DNA of 64,000 nucleotides from a phage: sequence record PZ386975.1; one strand, 5' to 3'. Shown piece by piece: positions 57,053 to 64,000 of this stretch (position 1 is its first letter; each line of letters starts with the position of its first letter). The notes under the pieces were generated by a model. It saw only the letters and a program-made list of their open reading frames with translations, ran no database searches and was not told where the DNA came from. The position numbers and the translations under genes were made by a program.

Positions 57053-57129
57053 GCACCCTTAGTTCAATTGGATAGAGCAACGGTCTTCTAAATCGTTAGT
57101 TACAGGTTCGAATCCTGTAGGGTGTACCA
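57053..57129 (+). tRNA. tRNA-Arg (TCT)
   Basis: Acceptor gcaccct/agggtgt, anticodon loop cttctaa, T-arm acaggttcgaatcctgt, CCA. Confidence 0.6.
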
Positions 57130-57272
57130 ATTTAGTTAGCAGAATACTTAGACGACCTAAGCGGGTCTTCCTGTAGGGAGGTGGTCTGTATCTCATGTTT
57201 TCCAGAACATGTAAATAATCTGAGAAGGGGCTTTACAGTGTTGAGATAATACGGTAAGCTTCGAATTATAGT

Positions 57273-57355
57273 ATGGGACGATGTTAAGACTCTAAGGCAT
57301 GAGCAACGGATTCCAACACCGTTTCAAAGGGGTTCAACTCCTCCGTCCCATGCCA
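57273..57355 (+). tRNA. tRNA, isotype undetermined
   Basis: Exact acceptor atgggac/gtcccat, T-loop ttcaact, CCA; 83 nt. Confidence 0.45.
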
Positions 57356-57368
57356 AAGTCTTATTAGG

Positions 57369-57456
57369 GGTAGGTAGCGGCTAATGGTAGCCAAACTGTC
57401 TTGAAAACAGTTGCCACTGTAGAGATACGGTGAGGGTTCGACTCCTTTACTTACCG
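57369..57456 (+). tRNA. tRNA-Ser (TGA), long variable arm, CCA not encoded
   Basis: Anticodon stem-loop actgt cttgaaa acagt; acceptor ggtaggt/acttacc. Confidence 0.6.
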
Positions 57457-57614
57457 CCTAATAAGATTTTAAAGCCAAGCTTCATTCGGATGTTGCTTTG
57501 GTATCCCTCGTGTATTGTCGTACACACAGATAAAGCACCTAGTAGGTGTCACGGAGAAGAGATAATATCAAGCTCTCCAAAGGTTCTAGTCACCGGATTA
57601 AACAAGACTATGCA

Positions 57615-57642
57615 AAGACCTTTTTAGGTCTTTTTAGAGGGC
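57615..57642 (+). terminator. hairpin terminator-like element
   Basis: aaagacctttttaggtcttttt. Confidence 0.4.
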
Positions 57643-57714
57643 TTCTAAGGTTATTACAGCTTGTTGTGGAACCTTGTTGCTTAGGTTCTTAGAAGTTCTC
57701 TAAAAAGATTTAAT

Positions 57715-57793
57715 GGGAGATTGACGGCAACTTGGTAGACCTATCTCGCTTAGAACGAGATGCTTGAGGGTTCGAATCCCTTGTCTCCTACCA
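57715..57793 (+). tRNA. tRNA with anticodon TAG (Leu-like), short variable arm
   Basis: Anticodon stem-loop atctcg cttagaa cgagat, T-arm gagggttcgaatccctt, CCA; D-arm weak. Confidence 0.45.
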
Positions 57794-57800
57794 AATTAAT

Positions 57801-57876
57801 GCAGGTGTAGCAAAATGGTTATGCGGCTGACTCTTAATCAGTAAGACGATGGGTTCAATTCCCTCCACCTGTACCA
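57801..57876 (+). tRNA. tRNA-Lys (CTT)
   Basis: Scaffold like the TTT Lys tRNA; anticodon loop ctcttaa, CCA. Confidence 0.55.
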
Positions 57877-57882
57877 GACATT

Positions 57883-57958
57883 GGGGATGTAGTTTACATG
57901 GTTAAAACATAAGTTTTGCAAACTTAAGTACAGGGTTCAATTCCCTGCTTCTCCACCA
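57883..57958 (+). tRNA. tRNA-Ala (TGC)
   Basis: Anticodon stem-loop taagt tttgcaa actta, T-arm cagggttcaattccctg, CCA. Confidence 0.6.
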
Positions 57959-57964
57959 ATTAGT

Positions 57965-58039
57965 GCATCCATAGTTTAAACGGGAAAATTACAGTCTTCC
58001 AAACTGAGGTTGAGGGTTCGATTCCCTCTGGATGCTCCA
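57965..58039 (+). tRNA. tRNA-Gly (TCC)
   Basis: Exact acceptor gcatcca/tggatgc, anticodon loop cttccaa, CCA. Confidence 0.6.
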
Positions 58040-58045
58040 AACAAT

Positions 58046-58122
58046 GCTGCTTTCGTATAATTGGCTATTACACATCCCTTGTAAGGATGGAAATGCAGGT
58101 TCGAGTCCTGTGAGCAGCACCA
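58046..58122 (+). tRNA. tRNA-Thr (TGT)
   Basis: Anticodon stem-loop catcc cttgtaa ggatg, T-arm gcaggttcgagtcctgt, CCA. Confidence 0.65.
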
Positions 58123-58217
58123 ATTCAGAGGTCAAGTGAAAGACCGCTGGTGTCAACTGAAGACCGTAACAAATTCCACGGAGTTGAGTTAGCGGCACAA
58201 CTTCAGACCTCTTTCAT

Positions 58218-58292
58218 ACTCGCTTAGTTTATATGGTAAAACACCACCCTTACAAGATGAAGAAAAAGGTTCAAGTTCTTTAGTGAGTACCA
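58218..58292 (+). tRNA. tRNA-like, possibly Val (TAC), weak anticodon stem
   Basis: D-arm gttt...aaac, T-loop ttcaagt, acceptor actcgct/agtgagt, CCA. Confidence 0.4.
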
Positions 58293-58293
58293 T

Positions 58294-58370
58294 GTTCCAG
58301 TATCCCAATTGGCAGAGGATGCAAGCTCAAACCTTGTACTAGTGACGGTTCGAATCCGTCTTGGAACACC
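58294..58370 (+). tRNA. tRNA with anticodon CAA (Leu-like), short variable arm
   Basis: Acceptor gttccag/ttggaac, anticodon loop ctcaaac, T-arm gacggttcgaatccgtc, CCA. Confidence 0.5.
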
Positions 58371-58390
58371 AATTTTAAGAGGCTATTTAG

Positions 58391-58948
58391 ATGAGATACT
58401 TAAAGTATGCTTCATGGATTTTCTTAGCTTTGTTAGAGCCATTTGCAGCAATCTTAGCAGTTATCTTAGCACCTTTTGTAGTTCCATTCTACAGTGAGAA
58501 GAAAGGACACTTACCTTTCGGGTTCAGATGGATGGAGACATATGACAACCCAATTGATGGTGATGAAGGTCACGTTAAAAGATGGGCTAATATTAGATGG
58601 ATTGGTAAGCTGGGTGTCTACATGCAGAGAGTTGGATGGCTCTGGAGAAACAAAGCTTATAATTTCTCTTACCATGTATTAGGAAGAGATGTAAAAGATG
58701 TTACTAAGTGGAAAGGTAATATCAACGTAAGTTCTGACCCTGAAGATAATCAGACTGGTTATCTCCTAATGTGGAACAGTAATGCTTGGGGATTATTCGC
58801 TTTTATTCCGTCAATTAAAATCTTTGGTAAACAGTTTTACTGGAGAATTTATGTTGGATGGAAACTAAAAAGTGTTGTCCCAGAAGAAAGAGCATTCTCA
58901 AGGGAAAGAGTTATGTTGGCATTCTTTATTCATCCGCTGAGAAAGTAA
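58391..58948 (+). CDS. membrane protein embedded in tRNA cluster
   Basis: N-terminal hydrophobic segment IFLALLEPFAAILAVILAPFVV; 185 aa; flanked by tRNAs. Confidence 0.45.
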   Translation: MRYLKYASWIFLALLEPFAAILAVILAPFVVPFYSEKKGHLPFGFRWMETYDNPIDGDEGHVKRWANIRWIGKLGVYMQRVGWLWRNKAYNFSYHVLGRDVKDVTKWKGNINVSSDPEDNQTGYLLMWNSNAWGLFAFIPSIKIFGKQFYWRIYVGWKLKSVVPEERAFSRERVMLAFFIHPLRK

Positions 58949-58956
58949 AGATTTAA

Positions 58957-59032
58957 AGGGGATTAGTTTACAAGGTTAAAACCTCGGTCTTTGAAATCGA
59001 AGAAGTTGGTTCAATTCCAACATCCCCCGCCA
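58957..59032 (+). tRNA. tRNA-Gln (TTG), A1:C72 mismatch
   Basis: Anticodon loop ctttgaa, T-arm gttggttcaattccaac, CCA. Confidence 0.55.
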
Positions 59033-59034
59033 AT

Positions 59035-59113
59035 GCTCCATTACTCCAATTGGCAGAGAGGCCAGACTTAAAATCTGTGTTATGTATCGGTTCGAATCCG
59101 ATATGGAGTACCA
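59035..59113 (+). tRNA. tRNA with anticodon TAA (Leu-like), short variable arm
   Basis: Acceptor gctccat/atggagt, anticodon loop cttaaaa, T-arm atcggttcgaatccgat, CCA. Confidence 0.5.
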
Positions 59114-59118
59114 ATTTT

Positions 59119-59194
59119 AGCGGTATAGCATAACTGGCAATGCAACAGTCTCTGAAGCTGTCCTATTAAGGTTCAAATCCTTATGCCGCTGCCA
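59119..59194 (+). tRNA. tRNA-Gln (CTG)
   Basis: Anticodon stem-loop acagt ctctgaa gctgt, T-arm taaggttcaaatcctta, CCA. Confidence 0.55.
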
Positions 59195-59225
59195 CTTCTA
59201 AGGATTCTTACGAGAGTCCTTAAAT

Positions 59226-59301
59226 GTGGCCTTATCATAAATGGTAATGACCCATGCTGTGAACATGGTCTATACGGGTTCGACTCCCGTAGGTCACCCC
59301 A
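59226..59301 (+). tRNA. tRNA-His (GTG)
   Basis: Anticodon stem-loop ccatg ctgtgaa catgg, T-arm acgggttcgactcccgt, CCA. Confidence 0.65.
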
Positions 59302-59306
59302 ATTTA

Positions 59307-59383
59307 TAGTCCAAGTAGCTTATATGGTTAAAGCGCGTGTCTGAAAAACATGAGAAGAGGGTTCAAATCCCACTGGACTACCA
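59307..59383 (+). tRNA. tRNA-Phe (GAA)
   Basis: Exact acceptor tagtcca/tggacta, anticodon loop ctgaaaa; 3' end ambiguous by one nt. Confidence 0.55.
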
Positions 59384-59399
59384 ATTTCAAAGGTGCTTA

Positions 59400-60134
59400 A
59401 TGAAAGAGATGACAGAACAAGGTAAGGAGATTTTTAATCTCTTAAAAACCGGTAAAGGGTTTTCTAACCCACTTATTACTGGTGCAGCAGTTCTCGGTGG
59501 AACCGTAGCTGCCTCTACATCACTTGTAAGCTCCATTAGCTCTGTAACAGACCCTACAATGAAGGAGAAGCTTGTTGCTGCTGGACTTACAACAGTCCTT
59601 CTAAACAGCTTTACAACAAGCCTGACAAGCACTACAGCAACTACTAAGACCCTAACAGACTATGGTCAAAAGTCTATTGATGAGTTTTCATCACGTATGC
59701 AGGTAGCAAAGGGGTATTCCAATGTTATGGGTGCAGCAGGAGAACAAGTTGGTTGTACACCATTCAGTGGTATTATGGGTGTTGCTACAGAGTATGGTCA
59801 AAAAGCTATTGACATGATGAACAGTACACTAGATAGTGTTAACGGTGTGTTAAGTGACTTACAAGACGCTATTGATAAGGGTCTTGCTACTGTTTCTGAT
59901 TTAGCTAATCAGGCTGTTAGTAAGATTAATGAAGGTATCTCAAAGATTACAGCTTATGCAGATGAAGTTGTGCAGATGATTGAAGAAGAAGCTGCCCTTA
60001 TTGCAGAGTACCTTAAAACGAATATCAATGGGTTCTTAGCAGGTATCTTACCAGACTGGTTTGATGATGCTTGTAAAACTGGTGTAATCGACACTATTGC
60101 AACACCAGAAATGAAGAACGCATTACAGAAATAA
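59400..60134 (+). CDS. hypothetical protein (Ser/Thr/Ala-rich, coiled-coil)
   Basis: Start moved to MKEMTEQ because annotated start overlaps tRNA-Phe. Confidence 0.45.
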   Translation: MKEMTEQGKEIFNLLKTGKGFSNPLITGAAVLGGTVAASTSLVSSISSVTDPTMKEKLVAAGLTTVLLNSFTTSLTSTTATTKTLTDYGQKSIDEFSSRMQVAKGYSNVMGAAGEQVGCTPFSGIMGVATEYGQKAIDMMNSTLDSVNGVLSDLQDAIDKGLATVSDLANQAVSKINEGISKITAYADEVVQMIEEEAALIAEYLKTNINGFLAGILPDWFDDACKTGVIDTIATPEMKNALQK

Positions 60135-60135
60135 T

Positions 60136-60228
60136 GGAAGATTAACCCTAAAAGGTAAGGGAGCAGTTTGCTAAACTGCCAGTAGCTGAGAAATCGGTGT
60201 ACCAGTTCAAGTCTGGTATCTTCCTCCA
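60136..60228 (+). tRNA. tRNA-Ser (GCT), long variable arm
   Basis: Exact acceptor ggaagat/atcttcc, anticodon stem-loop gcagt ttgctaa actgc, CCA. Confidence 0.65.
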
Positions 60229-60232
60229 ATTT

Positions 60233-60308
60233 GAATCCGTGACAGAAATGGATATGTGCCTGTCTGCAAAACAGGTTTATAAGGGTTCAAGTCCCTTCGG
60301 ATTCTCCA
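60233..60308 (+). tRNA. tRNA-Cys (GCA)
   Basis: Exact acceptor gaatccg/cggattc, anticodon stem-loop cctgt ctgcaaa acagg, CCA. Confidence 0.65.
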
Positions 60309-60530
60309 AGTTATTTTACTCTCTCTCAATTAAAATAATAATAATGCCCTGCTATAAGTATTCTTCCTTTCGCTACCGAAGAGTATTTTTAGACAGGGCT
60401 TTTTTACAGAGTTATACTTTATAGGAAGACTTATACAGTATGTCTCTGACGTACATTGTGGTTTCTCCTTGACGGTCTCTGTGCCGTCTTTTTTAAGGGG
60501 AAACAAGATTTATTATTTGGAGAAAACATA

Positions 60531-60731
60531 ATGAGCGAGAACGTTTATAAAGAACTTTATGAAGCTAACAAGAAGTTAGAGTTTATGCAGAATACTATCA
60601 TGGCAATTGCAGATAGATTATCTGTAGCAACAGGTATTGATATTAAAGAAGCATCTATGGATGCACTTCTTGATGCTGTTGATGCAAAGTTCGAAGTTAA
60701 GAAAGAAGAGACTGCTACAGACTCTGAATAA
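60531..60731 (+). CDS. hypothetical protein (66 aa), possible small terminase partner
   Basis: Start moved to MSENVYK with RBS; immediately upstream of large terminase. Confidence 0.35.
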   Translation: MSENVYKELYEANKKLEFMQNTIMAIADRLSVATGIDIKEASMDALLDAVDAKFEVKKEETATDSE

Positions 60732-60752
60732 TTCTATTTGCGGAGGCGCTTA

Positions 60753-62354
60753 ATGGACTTAAATGCTGTTAAGCAGAAGCGAGTGGAAGATGTTAGGAAA
60801 GTCCTAGCTGGAGAGTTGGGGCTTTCTGATGAAGTAAAAGAAATTATCAAATCATTCGGTAAAGACCCCTCTAAATTCCTTCCAACTCAAATTCTGACTT
60901 TATTAAGATACACACCAGACCAAGTTCGCCTTATCTTTAAATTGATGACTGATAAGAACTATGTAGCTCCTCAGCCGGGTTCTCAAGAGGTCTTTTTAAA
61001 CACTAATGCTGACTTGGTTCTCTATGGTGGTGCTGCTGGTGCTGGTAAGACTGCTGCATTGTTAATGGACTCTCTAAGATTTATTGAAGACCCTAACTAT
61101 AATGCTGTGTATTTCCGTCGAAACACAACACAGTTACAAGGTGGTTTATGGCCTGCTGCAAAGAAACTATTTGGTAAGTTTGGTGGGATTCCTCACGAGC
61201 AGAAAATGACTATCACATTCCCTTCTGGGGCAACTATCAAGTTTACCTACCTAGAACTTGAAAAGCACGCTGAAGGTCATCAGGGTATTGAATACTCAGC
61301 TATTTACTTTGACGAAGGTACACACTTCTCTGCTTCACAGATTTCATACCTACAAACACGTCTTCGTTCTGGTGCTGAAGGTGATTCATACATGAAAATT
61401 TCCATGAACCCAGACAGAGACCACTTTATTTATGATTGGGTAGAACCATTCTTAGATGAAGAAGGTTATCCAGACCCTGAAAAGTGTGGTCGTATTCGTT
61501 GGTATGTAATGAATGATGGTGTGATGGTTTCTGATTGGGAGAGAGACAAGATTCTTGAAATGTTCCCTCTTGAGATTCCTCAAACATACACCTTCATCTC
61601 TGGTACGATTGATGATAACCCAATTCTTGACTTCTTAGAACCTAAGTACCGTGGTAAGTTGGAAAACAACACCCCTGTAAACGTTGCAAGGCTTCGCTTC
61701 GGTAACTGGAAAGCTCGTGCAGAAGGTTCAAACTATTGGCAAAGACAATGGTGTGAGATTGTTGATTCACTCCCAGAGGATGTATTTGATGTTAGAGCAT
61801 GGGACTTAGCAGCAACTTTACCATCTGAAATTAACCCTAATCCAGACTGGACAGCAGGTGTTAAGATGGGTAAATCTAAAAAAGACGGTTGCTATTATAT
61901 CATTGATGTAGTAAGATTTAGAGATAGACCCTCTGGAGTCGAAACACAAATTAATTTGACTGCTGAAAGTGACGGTAAGCGAACTGGTATTTTTATCCCT
62001 CAAGACCCAGGCGCTGCTGGTAAATCCTACGCAACATCCCTCATCAGGAAACTTGCCGAGAAAGGCTATCGTGCAAGAGCTAAACCAACAAATAAAGATA
62101 AAGTTACCCGATTTGCGGGGTTTTCTGCTGCTTCTGAAGCTGGACTTGTAAAAGTTTTGAGAGGTAGTTGGAACGAAGCTTATTTCCAAGAGCTTGAAGG
62201 TTTTTGTGGTGATGGCAAAACTAAAGATGACCAAGTGGATGCTACCAGTGATGCTTTCAACAGTCTTAACGAAGTTAAATTATTCAAGCCACCATCAATG
62301 GGTGCTCACACAGACTTAGTGAGAGGAAACCCATATGAGGGGCTTAGACGTTGA
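60753..62354 (+). CDS. terminase large subunit
   Basis: Walker A LYGGAAGAGKT; ATG at 60753 follows GGAGG RBS (annotated TTG start at 60738 less likely). Confidence 0.7.
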   Translation: MDLNAVKQKRVEDVRKVLAGELGLSDEVKEIIKSFGKDPSKFLPTQILTLLRYTPDQVRLIFKLMTDKNYVAPQPGSQEVFLNTNADLVLYGGAAGAGKTAALLMDSLRFIEDPNYNAVYFRRNTTQLQGGLWPAAKKLFGKFGGIPHEQKMTITFPSGATIKFTYLELEKHAEGHQGIEYSAIYFDEGTHFSASQISYLQTRLRSGAEGDSYMKISMNPDRDHFIYDWVEPFLDEEGYPDPEKCGRIRWYVMNDGVMVSDWERDKILEMFPLEIPQTYTFISGTIDDNPILDFLEPKYRGKLENNTPVNVARLRFGNWKARAEGSNYWQRQWCEIVDSLPEDVFDVRAWDLAATLPSEINPNPDWTAGVKMGKSKKDGCYYIIDVVRFRDRPSGVETQINLTAESDGKRTGIFIPQDPGAAGKSYATSLIRKLAEKGYRARAKPTNKDKVTRFAGFSAASEAGLVKVLRGSWNEAYFQELEGFCGDGKTKDDQVDATSDAFNSLNEVKLFKPPSMGAHTDLVRGNPYEGLRR

Positions 62355-62361
62355 TAGCTAG

Positions 62362-63837
62362 GTGAGAAGAATGGCAGATATTACAGAAACACAAGAAAGC
62401 TTACCACCATTTAGAATGGGTGAAGTAGGTTCTTTGGGTCTGAAGGTTAAGAATGGAAGAATCTATGAAGAACCTCGTCAGGCACTAAGGTTCCCTGAAA
62501 GTATTAAAACTTTCCAATTAATGATGCGTGACCCTGCTGTAGCAGCATCTGTAAATATTATTAAGATGTTTGTCAGAAAAGTCAACTGGAGATTCGTACC
62601 TCCAAAGGGAAAAGAGCAAGACCCTAAAATGCTTGAAAGAGCAGACTTCTTTAATTCTTTAATGGATGACATGGAGCATGATTGGGCAGATTTTATTAAC
62701 TCTGTAATGTCATTCTGCACTTATGGGTTCTGTGTTAACGAGAAAGTTTATAAGAAGCGTCAGGGTAAAAAAGGAAAGTACCAATCAAAATTTGATGATG
62801 GTCTAATTGGATGGGCTAAATTACCAATCAGAAACCAGTCAACACTTGATAAGTGGTATTTTGACGAAGACTTTAGAAAAGTTACTGGTGTTAGACAGAA
62901 TCTGAGAAATGTTTCACATATTGCTGGAGCAATTAATCTTGGGGAAAGACCACTAACAAGAAAACTCCCACGAGCTAAATTCATGCTGTTTAAGTATGAC
63001 GATGAGTATGGTAACCCAGAAGGTCGTTCACCATTACTTAACGCTTATGTACCGTGGAAGTATAAAGTTCAGATTGAAGAGTACGAAGCTGTTGGTGTTT
63101 CAAGAGACTTGGTAGGTATGCCAAAGATTGGTTTGCCACCAGATTATCTGGATGAAAATGCAGAACCTGAAAAGAAAGCTTTCGTACAATACTGCAAAAC
63201 TGTTGTTAATGATATGATTGCAAATGACAGAGCAGGTTTAATCTGGCCTAGATATATCGACCCAGATACTAAAGAGGATATTTTTGAGTTCTCATTAGTT
63301 TCTAGACAGGGTGCTAAAGCATACGACACAGGTTCTATTATTGATAGATATTCCAAGCAGATTATGATGGCATTTATGTCAGATGTTCTTGCTATGGGTC
63401 AGTCAAAATACGGTTCATTCTCTCTTGCAGATTCTAAGACAAGCTTACTAGCAATGTCAGTAGATATTCTGCTGAAGCAAATTAAGAACGTAATTAACCG
63501 TGATTTAGTTGCACAGACTTATGCTCTTAATATGTGGGACGATGAAGAACATGTACAAATCACATATGATGATATCGAAACTCCAGACCTTGAAGCAATT
63601 GGTTCTTATATCCAGAAGACTGTTGCAGTAGGTGCTTTGGAAGTTGACAAAGAGCTATCTAACAAGCTTAGAGAGCATATTGGTCTTCCTCCTGCTGATG
63701 AGTCTCAGCCAGTATCTGAAAAGCTTTCTCCAAACAGTCAAAGCCGTTCAGGAGATGGTTATAAGACCGCTGGAGAAGGTACTGCAAAGACACCTTCAGC
63801 GAAAGACCCAAGCACAGCAAATAAGGCAAATAAATAA
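62362..63837 (+). CDS. portal protein (putative)
   Basis: 491 aa ORF directly after large terminase; assignment by position and size. Confidence 0.5.
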   Translation: MRRMADITETQESLPPFRMGEVGSLGLKVKNGRIYEEPRQALRFPESIKTFQLMMRDPAVAASVNIIKMFVRKVNWRFVPPKGKEQDPKMLERADFFNSLMDDMEHDWADFINSVMSFCTYGFCVNEKVYKKRQGKKGKYQSKFDDGLIGWAKLPIRNQSTLDKWYFDEDFRKVTGVRQNLRNVSHIAGAINLGERPLTRKLPRAKFMLFKYDDEYGNPEGRSPLLNAYVPWKYKVQIEEYEAVGVSRDLVGMPKIGLPPDYLDENAEPEKKAFVQYCKTVVNDMIANDRAGLIWPRYIDPDTKEDIFEFSLVSRQGAKAYDTGSIIDRYSKQIMMAFMSDVLAMGQSKYGSFSLADSKTSLLAMSVDILLKQIKNVINRDLVAQTYALNMWDDEEHVQITYDDIETPDLEAIGSYIQKTVAVGALEVDKELSNKLREHIGLPPADESQPVSEKLSPNSQSRSGDGYKTAGEGTAKTPSAKDPSTANKANK

Positions 63838-63840
63838 TGG

Positions 63841-64000
63841 CTGAAGTTATCTCTATTTCAAATGCTACACGAGTGCATTCATATAGGGGTGTTCTTATTA
63901 TCACTGACAAATTATCTGTAGAGGCTGGCTCAAGGGTCAGCCTTTCAGGTTATGTAAGTGATGGTGGAACCTCTGATGTTTTCACTATTTGCAGGTTACT
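63841..64000 (+). CDS. hypothetical protein, partial (runs off window end)
   Basis: ATG at 63838-63840 follows portal stop; open to window edge. Confidence 0.35.

Noticed and set aside
55663-60424. Track ORFs overlapping tRNAs or Y-like elements (55663-55902, 56289-56519, 57430-57627, 57989-58198, 58309-58497, 59387-59632, 59954-60229, 60197-60424)
   Set aside because: They run through tRNA genes, several on the opposite strand, and have no RBS; treated as chance frames

Overview
This window reads as a slice of a large lytic tailed dsDNA phage genome of roughly 40% GC, organised in four co-directional gene blocks (minus 1-6659, plus 6887-43903, minus 45657-52790, plus 53019-64000). The gene content (T7-like replication proteins, class I and III ribonucleotide reductases, rIIA/rIIB, a Prs-like plus NAMPT-like pair, about 26 tRNAs, many homing endonucleases) resembles Felix O1-like phages, but that attribution is from memory and not verified. 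The most interesting candidate system is a Ro60/Rsr-like protein (TROVE-like N-terminus plus vWA domain) immediately upstream of the tRNA cluster, together with a family of covarying stem elements interspersed among the tRNAs, one of which carries a permuted tRNA-like module as in bacterial Y RNAs. Other notable features are a DNA polymerase gene and an nrdD gene each split by an intron-like insertion carrying a homing endonuclease, an array of 14 small genes each preceded by a conserved promoter-hairpin cassette, a 1.75 kb ORF-free repeat-dense region, a TARG1/DarG-like macrodomain protein, and a candidate NAD+ reconstitution gene pair. All calls are from reading the sequence and ORF translations; no database search or folding was run, and tRNA isotypes and boundaries are approximate.
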